64,000 nt of DNA from Eledone cirrhosa (lineage: Eukaryota). Location of the stretch: contig OZ024743.1 in the NCBI GenBank assembly GCA_964016885.1, positions 141,732,001 through 141,796,000 of the forward strand, written 5' to 3'. This document shows positions 1-12,400 of the stretch, one piece after another; within the stretch, counting starts at the first letter, position 1, and every line of letters begins with the position of its first letter. Under the pieces are notes generated by a model that saw only the letters and a list, made by a program, of their open reading frames with translations, was not told the DNA's origin and made no database searches. Both the position numbers and the translations under genes were made by a program.

Positions 1-499
1 GCTTGGTGTTTGGTGCTTGGTGTTTGGTGTTTGGTGTTTGATGCTTGGTGTTTGCTGCTTGGTGCTTGGTGCTTGGTGTTTTGTGTTTGGTGCTTGGTAC
101 TTGGTGATTAGTGTTTGGTGCTTGGTGCTTGCGGTTTGGTGTTTGGTGCTTGGGGTTTGGTGTTTGGTGCTTGGTGCTTGCTGCTTGGTGCTTGGTGTTT
201 GGTGCTTGGTGCTTGGTGTTTGGTGTTTGGTGCTTGGGGTTTGGTGTTTGGTGCTTGGTGCTTGGAGTTTGGTGCTTGGTGCTTGGTGTTTGGAGTTTGG
301 TGCTTGGTGCTTGGTGCCTGGTGCTTGTTGTTTGGTGTTTGGTGCTTAGTGGTTGGTGTTTGGTGTTTGGTGCTTGGTGCTTGGTGGCTGGTGTTTGGTG
401 CTTGGTGTTTGGAGTTTGGTGTTTGGTGCTTGGTGCCTGGTGTTTCGTGCTTGGTGCTTGGTGCTTGGTGTCTGGTGTTTGGTGCTTGGTGTTTGGTGT

Positions 500-3400
500 T
501 TGGTACTTGGTGCTTGGTGCTTGGTGCTTGGTGTTTGGTGCTTGGTGTTTGATGCTGCGTGCTTGGTGTTTGGTGTTTGGTGTTTGGTGCTTGGTGTTTG
601 GTATTTGGAGCTTGGTGCCTGGTGCTTGTTGTTTGGTGTTTTGTGCTTGGTGCTTGGTGTTTGGTGTTTGGCGTTTGGTGCTTGGTGCTTGGTATCTGGT
701 TTTTGGTGCTTGATGTTTGGTGTTTGGTGCTTGGTGCTTGGTGCTTGGTGTTTGGTGTTTGGTGCTTGGTGCTTGGTGTTTGGTGCTTGGTGTTTGGTGT
801 TTCGTGTTTGATGCTTGGTGTTTGCTGCTTGGTGCTTGGTGCTTGGTGTTTTGTGTTTGGTGCTTGGTGCTTGGTGCCTGCTGCTTGGTGCTTGGTGCTT
901 GTTGTTTGGTGCTTGGTGCTTGGTGATTAGTGTTTGGTGCTTGGTGCTTGGTGCTTGGTGTTTGGTGCTTGGTGCTTGGTGTTTGGTGCTTGGTGCTTGG
1001 TGTTTGGTGTTTGGCGTTTGCTGTTTGCTGTTTGGTGTTTGGTGTTTGCTGTTTGGTGTTTGCTGTTTGGTGTTTGGTGTTTGGTGCTTGCTGTTTGGTG
1101 CTTGGTGCTTGGTGTTTGGTGTTTGGTGTTTGGTGCTTGGTGCTTGGTGTTTGGTGCTTGGTGCTTGGTGCTGGGTGTTTGGTGCTTGGTGCTTGGTGTT
1201 TGGTGCTTGGTGCTTGGTGCCTGGTGTTTGGTCCTTGGTGCTTGGTGCTTGGTGCTTGGTGCTTGCTGTTTGGTGTTTGGTGTTTGGTTCTTGGTGCTTG
1301 GTGTTTGGTATTTGGTGTTTGGTGCTTGGTGCTTGGTGCTTGGTGTTTGGTGCTTGGTGCTTGGTGATTAGTGTTTGGTGATTGGTGCTTGGGGTTTGGT
1401 GTTTGGTGCTTGGTGTTTGGTGCTTGGTGCTTGCTGTTTGGTGTTTGGTGTTTGGTTCTTGGTGCTTGGTGTTTGGTGTTTGGTGTTTGGTGCTTGGTGC
1501 TTGGTGCTTGGTGTTTGGTGCTTGGTGCTTGGTGCTTGGTGTTTGGTGCTGCGTGCTTGGTGTTTGGTGTTTGGTGCTTGGTGCCTGGGGCTTGTTGTTT
1601 GGTGTTTGGTGCTTAGTGCTTGGTGTTTGGTGTTTGGTGCTTGGTGCTTGGTGGCTGGTGCTTGGTGCTTGGTGTTTGGAGTTTGGTGCTTGGTGCTTGG
1701 TGCCTGGTGTTTCGTGCTTGGTGCTTGGTGCTTGGTGTTTGGTGTTTGGTGTTTGGTGTTTGGTGTTTGGTACTTGGTGCTTGGTGCTTGGTGTTTGGTG
1801 CTTGGTGTTTGGTGATTGGTGCTTGGTGCTTGGTGCTTGGTGCTTGGTGTTAGGTGTTTGGTCCTTGGTGCTTGTTGTTTGGTGTTTTGTGCTTGGTGCT
1901 TGGCGTTTGGTGTTTGGCGCTAGGGGCTTGGTGCTTGATGCTTGGTGTTTGGTGCTTGGTGCTTGCTGTTTGGTGTTTGGTGCTTGGTGCGTGGGACTTA
2001 GTGTTTGGTGTTTGGTGTTTGGTGTTTGGTGCTTGGTGTTTGGTGCTTGGTGCTTGGTGTTTGGTGTTTGGTGCTTAGTGCTTGGGGCTTGGTGTTTGGT
2101 GCTTGGTGTTTGGTGTTTGGTGCTTGGTGCTTGGTGTTTGGCGCTTGGTGCTTGGTGCTTGGTGTTTGGTGCTTGGTGCTTGGTGCTTGGTGCTTGGTGA
2201 TTAGTGTTTGGTGCTTGGTGCTTGGTGCCTGGTGCTTGGTGCTTGGTGCTTGTTGTTTGGTGCTTGGTGTTTGGTGCTTGGTGTTTGGTGCTTGGTGCTT
2301 GGTGTTTGGTGCTTGGTGCTTGGTGCTTGGTGCTTGGTCTTTGGTGCTTGGTGTTTGGTGTTTGGTACTTGGTGCCTGGTGTTTGGCGCTTGGTGCTTGG
2401 TGCTTGGTGTTTGGTGCTTGGTGTTTGGTGCTTGGTGATTAGTGTTTGGTGCTTGGTGCTTGGTGCCTGGTGCTTGGTGCTTGGTGCTTGATGTTTGGTG
2501 CTTGGTGCTTGGTGATTATTGTTTGGTGCTTGGTGCTTTGGGTTTGGTGTTTGGTGCTTGGGGTTTGGTGTTTGGTGCTTGGTGCTTGGTGTTTGGTGCT
2601 TGGTGCTTGGTGTTTGGTGCTTGGTGCTTTGTGTTTGGTGCTTGGTGTTTGGTGCTTGGTGCTTGGTGCTTGGTTCTTGGTGTTAGGTGTTTGGTGCTTG
2701 GTGATTGGTGTTTGATGTTAGGTTCTTGGTGCTTGGTGTTTGGTGCTTGCTGCTTGGTGCTTGGTGTTTTGTGTTTGGAGTTTGGTGCTTGGTGTTTGGT
2801 GCTTCGGTCTTGGTGTTTGGTGTTTGGTGCTTGGTGCCTGAGGCTTGTTGTTTGGTGTTTGGTGCTTATTGCTTGGTGTTTGGTCTTTGGTGCTTGGTGC
2901 TTGGTGGCTGGTGCTTGGTGCTTGGTGTTTGCAGTTTGTGCTTGGTGCTTGGTGCCTGGTGTTTCGTGCTTGGTGCTTGGTGCTTGGTGTTTGGTGTTTG
3001 GTGCTTGGTGTTTGGTGTTTGGTACTTGGTGCTTGGTGCTTGGTGTTTGGTGCTTGGTGTTTGGTGCTTGGTGCTTGGTGCTTGGTGCTTGGTGTCAGGT
3101 GTTTGGTGCTTGGTGCTTGGTGTTTGATGTTTGGTCCTTGGTGCTTGTTGTTTGGTGTTTGGTGCTTCGTGCTTGGTGTTTGGTGTTTGGTGCTTGCTGC
3201 TTGCTGCTTGGTGTTTGGTGCTTGGTGATTGGTGCTTGGTGTTTTGTGCTTGGTGCTTGGTGTTTGGTGTTTGCTGCTAGGGGCTTGGTGCTTGATGCTT
3301 GGTGTTTGGTGCTTGGTGCTTGCTGTTTGGTGTTTGGTGCTTGGTGCGAGGGACTTAGTGTTTGGTGTTTGGTGCTTGGTGTTTGGTGCTTGGTGTTTGG

Positions 3401-6400
3401 TGCTTGGTGCTTGGTGTTTGGTGTTTGGTGCTTGGTGCTTGGGGCTTGGTCTTTGGTGCTTAGTGTTTGGTGCTTGGTGTTTGGTGCTTGGTGCTTGGTG
3501 CTTGGTGCTTGGTGTTTGGTGTTTGGTGTTTGGTGCTTGGTGTTTGGTGCTTGTTGCTTGGTGCTGGGTGGTTGGTGTTTCGTGTTTGGTGCTTGGTGCT
3601 TGGTGCTTATTGTTTGGTGCTTGGTGCTTGGTGCTTGGTCTTTGGTGCTTGGTGTTTGGTGTTTGGTGCTTGGTGCCTTGTGTTTGGCGCTTGGTGCTTG
3701 GTGCTTGGTGTTTGCTGCTTGGTGTTTGGTGCTTGGTGATTAGTGTTTGGTGCTTGGTGCTTGGTGCCTGGTGCTTGGTGCTTGGTGCTTGATGTTTGGT
3801 GCTTGGTGATTAGTGTTTGGTGCTTGGTGCTTTGGGTTTGGTGTTTGGTGCTTGGGGTTTGGTGTTTGGTGCTTGGTGCTTGGTGTTTGGTGCTTGGTGC
3901 TTGGTGTTTGGTGCTTGGTGCTTTGTGTTTGGTGCTTGGTGTTTGGTGCTTGGTGCTTGGTGCTTCGGTCTTGGTGTTTGGTGTTTGGTGCTTGGTGCTT
4001 GGTGTTTGGTGTTTGGTGCCTGGTGCTTGGTGTTCGGTGCTTGGTGTTTGGTGTTTGGTGATTGGTGCTTGGTGTTTGGTGCTTGGTGCTTGGTGCTTGG
4101 TGCTTGGTGTTAGGCGTTTGGTGCTTGGTGCTTGGTGTTTGATGTTTGGTCCATTGTGCTTGGTGTTTGGTATTTTGTGCTTGGTGCTTGGTGTTTGGTG
4201 TTTGGTGCTTGGTGCTTGGTGCTTGGTGTTTGGTGCTAGGGGCTTGGTGCTTGGTGTTTCGTGTTTGGTGCTTGGTGCTTGGTGTTTGGTGTTTGGTGCT
4301 TGGTGCGTGGGACTTGGTCTTTGGTGCTTGGTGTTTGGTGCTTGGTGTTTGGTGCTTGGTGCCGGGTGCTTGGTGTTTGGTGTTTGGTGCTTGGTGTTTG
4401 GTGCTTGTTGTTTGGTGCTTGGTGTTCGGTGCTTGGTGCTTGGTGCTTGGTGCTTGGTGTTTGGTGTTTGGTGCTTGGTGATTGGTGTTTGATGTTTGGT
4501 CCTTGGTGCTTGGTGTTTGGTGTTTGGTGTTTGGTGCTTGGTGCTTGGTGTTTGGTGCTTGGTGTTTGGTGTTTCGTGTTTGATGCTTGGTGTTTGCTGC
4601 TTGGTGCTTGGTGCTTGGTGTTTTGTGTTTGGTGCTTGGTGCTTGGTGCCTGCTGCTTGGTGCTTGGTGCTTGTTGTTTGGTGCTTGGTGCTTGGTGATT
4701 AGTGTTTGGTGCTTGGTGCTTGGTGCTTGGTGTTTGGTGCTTGGTGCTTGGTGTTTGGTGCTTGGTGCTTGGTGTTTGGTGTTTGGCATTTGCTGTTTGC
4801 TGTTTGCTGTTTGGTGTTTGCTGTTTGGTGTTTGCTGTTTGGTGTTTGGTGTTTGGTGCTTGCTGTTTGGTGCTTGGTGCTTGGTGTTTGGTGTTTGGTG
4901 TTTGGTGCTTGGTGCTTGGTGTTTGGTGCTTGGTGCTTGGTGCTGGGTGTTTGGTGCTTGGTGCTTGGTGTTTGGTGCTTGGTGCTTGGTGCCTGGTGTT
5001 TGGTCCTTGGTGCTTGGTGCTTGGTGCTTGGTGCTTGCTGTTTGGTGTTTGGTGTTTGGTTCTTGGTGCTTGGTGTTTGGTATTTGGTGTTTGGTGCTTG
5101 GTGCTTGGTGCTTGGTGTTTGGTGCTTGGTGCTTGGTGATTAGTGTTTGGTGATTGGTGCTTGGGGTTTGGTGTTTGGTGCTTGGTGTTTGGTGCTTGGT
5201 GCTTGCTGTTTGGTGTTTGGTGTTTGGTTCTTGGTGCTTGGTGTTTGGTGTTTGGTGTTTGGTGCTTGGTGCTTGGTGCTTGGTGTTTGGTGCTTGGTGC
5301 TTGGTGCTTGGTGTTTGGTGCTGCGTGCTTGGTGTTTGGTGTTTGGTGCTTGGTGCCTGGGGCTTGTTGTTTGGTGTTTGGTGCTTAGTGCTTGGTGTTT
5401 GGTGTTTGGTGCTTGGTGCTTGGTGGCTGGTGCTTGGTGCTTGGTGTTTGGAGTTTGGTGCTTGGTGCTTGGTGCCTGGTGTTTCGTGCTTGGTGCTTGG
5501 TGCTTGGTGTTTGGTGTTTGGTGTTTGGTGTTTGGTGTTTGGTACTTGGTGCTTGGTGCTTGGTGTTTGGTGCTTGGTGTTTGGTGATTGGTGCTTGGTG
5601 CTTGGTGCTTGGTGCTTGGTGTTAGGTGTTTGGTCCTTGGTGCTTGTTGTTTGGTGTTTTGTGCTTGGTGCTTGGCGTTTGGTGTTTGGCGCTAGGGGCT
5701 TGGTGCTTGATGCTTGGTGTTTGGTGCTTGGTGCTTGCTGTTTGGTGTTTGGTGCTTGGTGCGTGGGACTTAGTGTTTGGTGTTTGGTGTTTGGTGTTTG
5801 GTGCTTGGTGTTTGGTGCTTGGTGCTTGGTGTTTGGTGTTTGGTGCTTAGTGCTTGGGGCTTGGTGTTTGGTGCTTGGTGTTTGGTGTTTGGTGCTTGGT
5901 GCTTGGTGTTTGGCGCTTGGTGCTTGGTGCTTGGTGTTTGGTGCTTGGTGCTTGGTGCTTGGTGCTTGGTGATTAGTGTTTGGTGCTTGGTGCTTGGTGC
6001 CTGGTGCTTGGTGCTTGGTGCTTGTTGTTTGGTGCTTGGTGTTTGGTGCTTGGTGTTTGGTGCTTGGTGCTTGGTGTTTGGTGTTTGGTGCTTGGTGCTT
6101 GGGGCTTGGTCTTTGGTGCTTAGTGTTTGGTGCTTGGTGTTTGGTGCTTGGTGCTTGGTGCTTGGTGTTTGGTGTTTGGTGTTTGGTGCTTGGTGTTTGG
6201 TGCTTGGTGCTTGGTGCTGGGTGGTTGGTGTTTGGTGTTTGGTGCTTGGTGCTTCGTGCTTATTGTTTGGTGCTTGGTGCTTGGTGCTTGGTGCTTGGTC
6301 TTTGGTGCTTGGTGTTTGGTGTTTGGTACTTGGTGCCTGGTGTTTGGCGCTTGGTGCTTGGTGCTTGGTGTTTGGTGCTTGGTGTTTGGTGCTTGGTGAT

Positions 6401-9400
6401 TAGTGTTTGGTGCTTGGTGCTTGGTGCCTGGTGCTTGGTGCTTGGTGCTTGATGTTTGGTGCTTGGTGCTTGGTGATTATTGTTTGGTGCTTGGTGCTTT
6501 GGGTTTGGTGTTTGGTGCTTGGGGTTTGGTGTTTGGTGCTTGGTGCTTGGTGTTTGGTGCTTGGTGCTTGGTGTTTGGTGCTTGGTGCTTTGTGTTTGAT
6601 GCTTGGTGTTTGGTGCTTGGTGCTTGGTGCTTGGTTCTTGGTGTTAGGTGTTTGGTGCTTGGTGATTGGTGTTTGATGTTAGGTTCTTGGTGCTTGGTGT
6701 TTGGTGCTTGCTGCTTGGTGCTTGGTGTTTTGTGTTTGGAGTTTGGTGCTTGGTGTTTGGTGCTTCGGTCTTGGTGTTTGGTGTTTGGTGCTTGGTGCCT
6801 GGGGCTTGTTGTTTGGTGTTTGGTGCTTAGTGCTTGGTGTTTGGTGTTTGGTGCTTGGTGCTTGGTGGCTGGTGCTTGGTGCTTGGTGTTTGCAGTTTGT
6901 GCTTGGTGCTTGGTGCCTGGTGTTTCGTGCTTGGTGCTTGGTGCTTGGTGTTTGGTGTTTGGTGCTTGGTGTTTGGTGTTTGGTACTTGGTGCTTGGTGC
7001 TTGGTGTTTGGTGCTTGGTGTTTGGTGCTTGGTGCTTGGTGCTTGGTGCTTGGTGTCAGGTGTTTGGTGCTTGGTGCTTGGTGTTTGATGTTTGGTCCTT
7101 GGTGCTTGTTGTTTGGTGTTTGGTGCTTCGTGCTTGGTGTTTGGTGTTTGGTGCTTGCTGCTTGCTGCTTGGTGTTTGGTGCTTGGTGATTGGTGCTTGG
7201 TGTTTTGTGCTTGGTGCTTGGTGTTTGGTGTTTGCTGCTAGGGGCTTGGTGCTTGATGCTTGGTGTTTGGTGCTTGGTGCTTGCTGTTTGGTGTTTGGTG
7301 CTTGGTGCGTGGGACTTAGTGTTTGGTGTTTGGTGCTTGGTGTTTGGTGCTTGGTGTTTGGTGCTTGGTGCTTGGTGTTTGGTGTTTGGTGCTTGGTGCT
7401 TGGGGCTTGGTCTTTGGTGCTTAGTGTTTGGTGCTTGGTGTTTGGTGCTTGGTGCTTGGTGCTTGGTGCTTGGTGTTTGGTGTTTGGTGTTTGGTGCTTG
7501 GTGTTTGGTGCTTGTTGCTTGGTGCTGGGTGGTTGGTGTTTCGTGTTTGGTGCTTGGTGCTTGGTGCTTATTGTTTGGTGCTTGGTGCTTGGTGCTTGGT
7601 CTTTGGTGCTTGGTGTTTGGTGTTTGGTGCTTGGTGCCTTGTGTTTGGCGCTTGGTGCTTGGTGCTTGGTGTTTGCTGCTTGGTGTTTGGTGCTTGGTGA
7701 TTAGTGTTTGGTGCTTGGTGCTTGGTGCCTGGTGCTTGGTGTTTGGTGCTTGATGTTTGGTGCTTGGTGATTAGTGTTTGGTGCTTGGTGCTTTGGGTTT
7801 GGTGTTTGGTGCTTGGGGTTTGGTGTTTGGTGCTTGGTGCTTGGTGTTTGGTGCTTGGTGCTTGGTGTTTGGTGCTTGGTGCTTTGTGTTTGGTGCTTGG
7901 TGTTTGGTGCTTGGTGCTTGGTGCTTCGGTCTTGGTGTTTGGTGTTTGGTGCTTGGTGCTTGGTGTTTGGTGTTTGGTGCCTGGTGCTTGGTGTTCGGTG
8001 CTTGGTGTTTGGTGTTTGGTGATTGGTGCTTGGTGTTTGGTGCTTGGTGCTTGGTGCTTGGTGCTTGGTGTTAGGCGTTTGGTGCTTGGTGCTTGGTGTT
8101 TGATGTTTGGTCCATTGTGCTTGGTGTTTGGTATTTTGTGCTTGGTGTTTGGTGTTTGGTGCTTGGTGCTTGGTGTTTGGTGCTTGGTCCATTGTGCTTG
8201 GTGTTTGGTGCTTGGTGCTTGGTGTTTGGTGTTTGGTGCTTGCTGCTTGCTGCTTGGTGTTTGGTGCTAGGGGCTTGGTGCTTGGTGTTTCGTGTTTGGT
8301 GCTTGGTGCTTGGTGTTTGGTGTTTGGTGCTTGGTGCGTGGGACTTGGTCTTTGGTGCTTGGTGTTTGGTGCTTGGTGTTTGGTGCTTGGTGCCGGGTGC
8401 TTGGTGTTTGGTGTTTGGTGCTTGGTGTTTGGTGCTTGTTGTTTGGTGCTTGGTGTTCGGTGCTTGGTGCTTGGTGCTTGGTGCTTGGTGTTTGGTGTTT
8501 GGTGCTTGGTGATTGGTGTTTGATGTTTGGTCCTTGGTGCTTGGTGTTTGGTGTTGTGTGTTTGGTGATTGGTGCTTGGTGTTTGGTGCTTGGTTCTTGG
8601 TGCTTGGTGTTTGGCGTTTGCTGTTTGCTGTTTGGTGGTTGGTGTTTGCTGTTTGGTGTTTGCTGTTTGGTGTTTGGTGCTTGGTGCTTGCGGTTTGGTG
8701 TTTGGTGCTTGGGGTTTGGTGTTTGTTGCTTGGTGCTTGCTGCTTGGTGCTTGGTGTTTGGTGCTTGGTGCTTGGTGTTTGGTGTTTGGTGCTTGGGGTT
8801 TGGTGTTTGGTGCTTGGTGCATGGAGTTTGGTGCTTGGTGCTTGGTGTTTGGAGTTTGGTGCTTGGTGCTTGGTGCCTGGTGCTTGTTGTTTGGTGTTTG
8901 GTGCTTAGTGGTTGGTGTTTGGTGTTTGGTGCTTGGTGCTTGGTGGCTGGTGTTTGGTGCTTGGTGTTTGGAGTTTGGTGTTTGGTGCTTGGTGCCTGGT
9001 GTTTCGTGCTTGGTGCTTGGTGCTTGGTGTCTGGTGTTTGGTGCTTGGTGTTTGGTGTTTGGTACTTGGTGCTTGGTGCTTGGTGCTTGGTGTTTGGTGC
9101 TTGGTGTTTGATGCTGCGTGCTTGGTGTTTGGTGTTTGATGCTTGGTGCTTGGTGTTTGGTATTTGGAGCTTGGTGCCTGGTGCTTGTTGTTTGGTGTTT
9201 TGTGCTTGGTGCTTGGTGTTTGGTGTTTGGCGTTTGGTGCTTGGTGCTTGGTATCTGGTTTTTGGTGCTTGATGTTTGGTGTTTGGTGCTTGGTGCTTGG
9301 TGCTTGGTGTTTGGTGTTTGGTGCTTGGTACTTGGTGTTTGGTGCTTGGTGTTTGGTGTTTCGTGTTTGATGCTTGGTGTTTGCTGCTTGGTGCTTGGTG

Positions 9401-12400
9401 CTTGGTGTTTTGTGTTTGGTGCTTGGTGCTTGGTGCCTGCTGCTTGGTGCTTGGTGCTTGTTGTTTGGTGCTTGGTGCTTGGTGATTAGTGTTTGGTGCT
9501 TGGTGCTTGGTGCTTGGTGTTTGGTGCTTGGTGCTTGGTGTTTGGTGCTTGGTGCTTGGTGTTTGGTGTTTGGCGTTTGCTGTTTGCTGTTTGGTGTTTG
9601 GTGTTTGCTGTTTGGTGTTTGCTGTTTGGTGTTTGGTGTTTGGTGCTTGCTGTTTGGTGCTTGGTGCTTGGTGTTTGGTGTTTGGTGTTTGGTGCTTGGT
9701 GCTTGGTATTTGGTGCTTGGTGCTTGGTGCTGGGTGTTTGGTGCTTGGTGCTTGGTGTTTGGTGCTTGGTGCTTGGTGCCTGGTGTTTGGTCCTTGGTGC
9801 TTGGTGCTTGGTGCTTGGTGCTTGCTGTTTGGTGTTTGGTGTTTGGTTCTTGGTGCTTGGTGTTTGGTGTTTGGTGTTTGGTGCTTGGTGCTTGGTGCTT
9901 GGTGTTTGGTGCTTGGTGCTTGGTGATTAGTGTTTGGTGATTGGTGCTTGGGGTTTGGTGTTTGGTGCTTGGTGTTTGGTGCTTGGTGCTTGCTGTTTGG
10001 TGTTTGGTGTTTGGTTCTTGGTGCTTGGTGTTTGGTGTTTGGTGTTTGGTGCTTGGTGCTTGGTGCTTGGTGTTTGGTGCTTGGTGCTTGGTGCTTGGTG
10101 TTTGGTGCTGCGTGCTTGGTGTTTGGTGTTTGGTGCTTGGTGCCTGGGGCTTGTTGTTTGGTGTTTGGTGCTTAGTGCTTGGTGTTTGGTGTTTGGTGCT
10201 TGGTGCTTGGTGGCTGGTGCTTGGTGCTTGGTGTTTGGAGTTTGGTGCTTGGTGCTTGGTGCCTGGTGTTTCGTGCTTGGTGCTTGGTGCTTGGTGTTTG
10301 GTGTTTGGTGTTTGGTGTTTGGTGTTTGGTACTTGGTGCTTGGTGCTTGGTGTTTGGTGCTTGGTGTTTGGTGATTGGTGCTTGGTGCTTGGTGCTTGGT
10401 GCTTGGTGTTAGGTGTTTGGTCCTTGGTCCTTGGTGCTTGTTGTTTGGTGTTTTGTGCTTGGTGCTTGGCGTTTGGTGTTTGGCGCTAGGGGCTTGGTGC
10501 TTGATGCTTGGTGTTTGGTGCTTGGTGCTTGCTGTTTGGTGTTTGGTGCTTGGTGCGTGGGACTTAGTGTTTGGTGTTTGGTGTTTGGTGTTTGGTGCTT
10601 GGTGTTTGGTGCTTGGTGCTTGGTGTTTGGTGTTTGGTGCTTAGTGCTTGGGGCTTGGTGTTTGGTGCTTGGTGTTTGGTGTTTGGTGCTTGGTGCTTGG
10701 TGTTTGGCGCTTGGTGCTTGGTGCTTGGTGTTTGGTGCTTGGTGCTTGGTGCTTGGTGCTTGGTGATTAGTGTTTGGTGCTTGGTGCTTGGTGCCTGGTG
10801 CTTGGTGCTTGGTGCTTGTTGTTTGGTGCTTGGTGTTTGGTGCTTGGTGTTTGGTGCTTGGTGCTTGGTGTTTGGTGTTTGGTGCTTGGTGCTTGGGGCT
10901 TGGTCTTTGGTGCTTAGTGTTTGGTGCTTGGTGTTTGGTGCTTGGTGCTTGGTGCTTGGTGTTTGGTGTTTGGTGTTTGGTGCTTGGTGTTTGGTGCTTG
11001 GTGCTTGGTGCTGGGTGGTTGGTGTTTGGTGTTTGGTGCTTGGTGCTTCGTGCTTATTGTTTGGTGCTTGGTGCTTGGTGCTTGCTGCTTGGTCTTTGGT
11101 GCTTGGTGTTTGGTGTTTGGTACTTGCTGCCTGGTGTTTGGCGCTTGGTGCTTGGTGCTTGGTGTTTGGTGCTTGGTGTTTGGTGCTTGGTGATTAGTGT
11201 TTGGTGCTTGGTGCTTGGTGCCTGGTGCTTGGTGCTTGGTGCTTGATGTTTGGTGCTTGGTGCTTGGTGATTATTGTTTGGTGCTTGGTGCTTTGGGTTT
11301 GGTGTTTGGTGCTTGGGGTTTGGTGTTTGGTGCTTGGTGCTTGGTGTTTGGTGCTTGGTGCTTGGTGTTTGGTGCTTGGTGCTTTGTGTTTGGTGCTTGG
11401 TGTTTGGTGCTTGGTGCTTGGTGCTTGGTTCTTGGTGTTAGGTGTTTGGTGCTTGGTGATTGGTGTTTGATGTTAGGTTCTTGGTGCTTGGTGTTTGGTG
11501 CTTGCTGCTTGGTGCTTGGTGTTTTGTGTTTGGAGTTTGGTGCTTGGTGTTTGGTGCTTCGGTCTTGGTGTTTGGTGTTTGGTGCTTGGTGCCTGGGGCT
11601 TGTTGTTTGGTGTTTGGTGCTTAGTGCTTGGTGTTTGGTGTTTGGTGCTTGGTGCTTGGTGGCTGGTGCTTGGTGCTTGGTGTTTGCAGTTTGTGCTTGG
11701 TGCTTGGTGCTTGGTGTTTGGTGTTTGGTGCTTGGTGTTTGGTGTTTGGTACTTGGTGCTTGGTGCTTGGTGTTTGGTGCTTGGTGTTTGGTGCTTGGTG
11801 CTTGGTGCTTGGTGCTTGGTGTCAGGTGTTTGGTGCTTGGTGCTTGGTGTTTGATGTTTGGTCCTTGGTGCTTGTTGTTTGGTGTTTGGTGCTTCGTGCT
11901 TGGTGTTTGGTGTTTGGTGCTTGCTGCTTGCTGCTTGGTGTTTGGTGCTTGGTGATTGGTGCTTGGTGTTTTGTGCTTGGTGCTTGGTGTTTGGTGTTTG
12001 CTGCTAGGGGCTTGGTGCTTGATGCTTGGTGTTTGGTGCTTGGTGCTTGCTGTTTGGTGTTTGGTGCTTGGTGCGTGGGACTTAGTGTTTGGTGTTTGGT
12101 GCTTGGTGTTTGGTGCTTGGTGTTTGGTGCTTGGTGCTTGGTGTTTGGTGTTTGGTGCTTGGTGCTTGGGGCTTGGTCTTTGGTGCTTAGTGTTTGGTGC
12201 TTGGTGTTTGGTGCTTGGTGCTTGGTGCTTGGTGTTTGGTGTTTGGTGTTTGGTGCTTGGTGTTTGGTGCTTGTTGCTTGGTGCTGGGTGGTTGGTGTTT
12301 GGTGTTTGGTGCTTGGTGCTTGGTGCTTATTGTTTGGTGCTTGGTGCTTGGTGCTTGGTGCTTGGTCTTTGGTGCTTGGTGTTTGGTGTTTGGTGCTTGG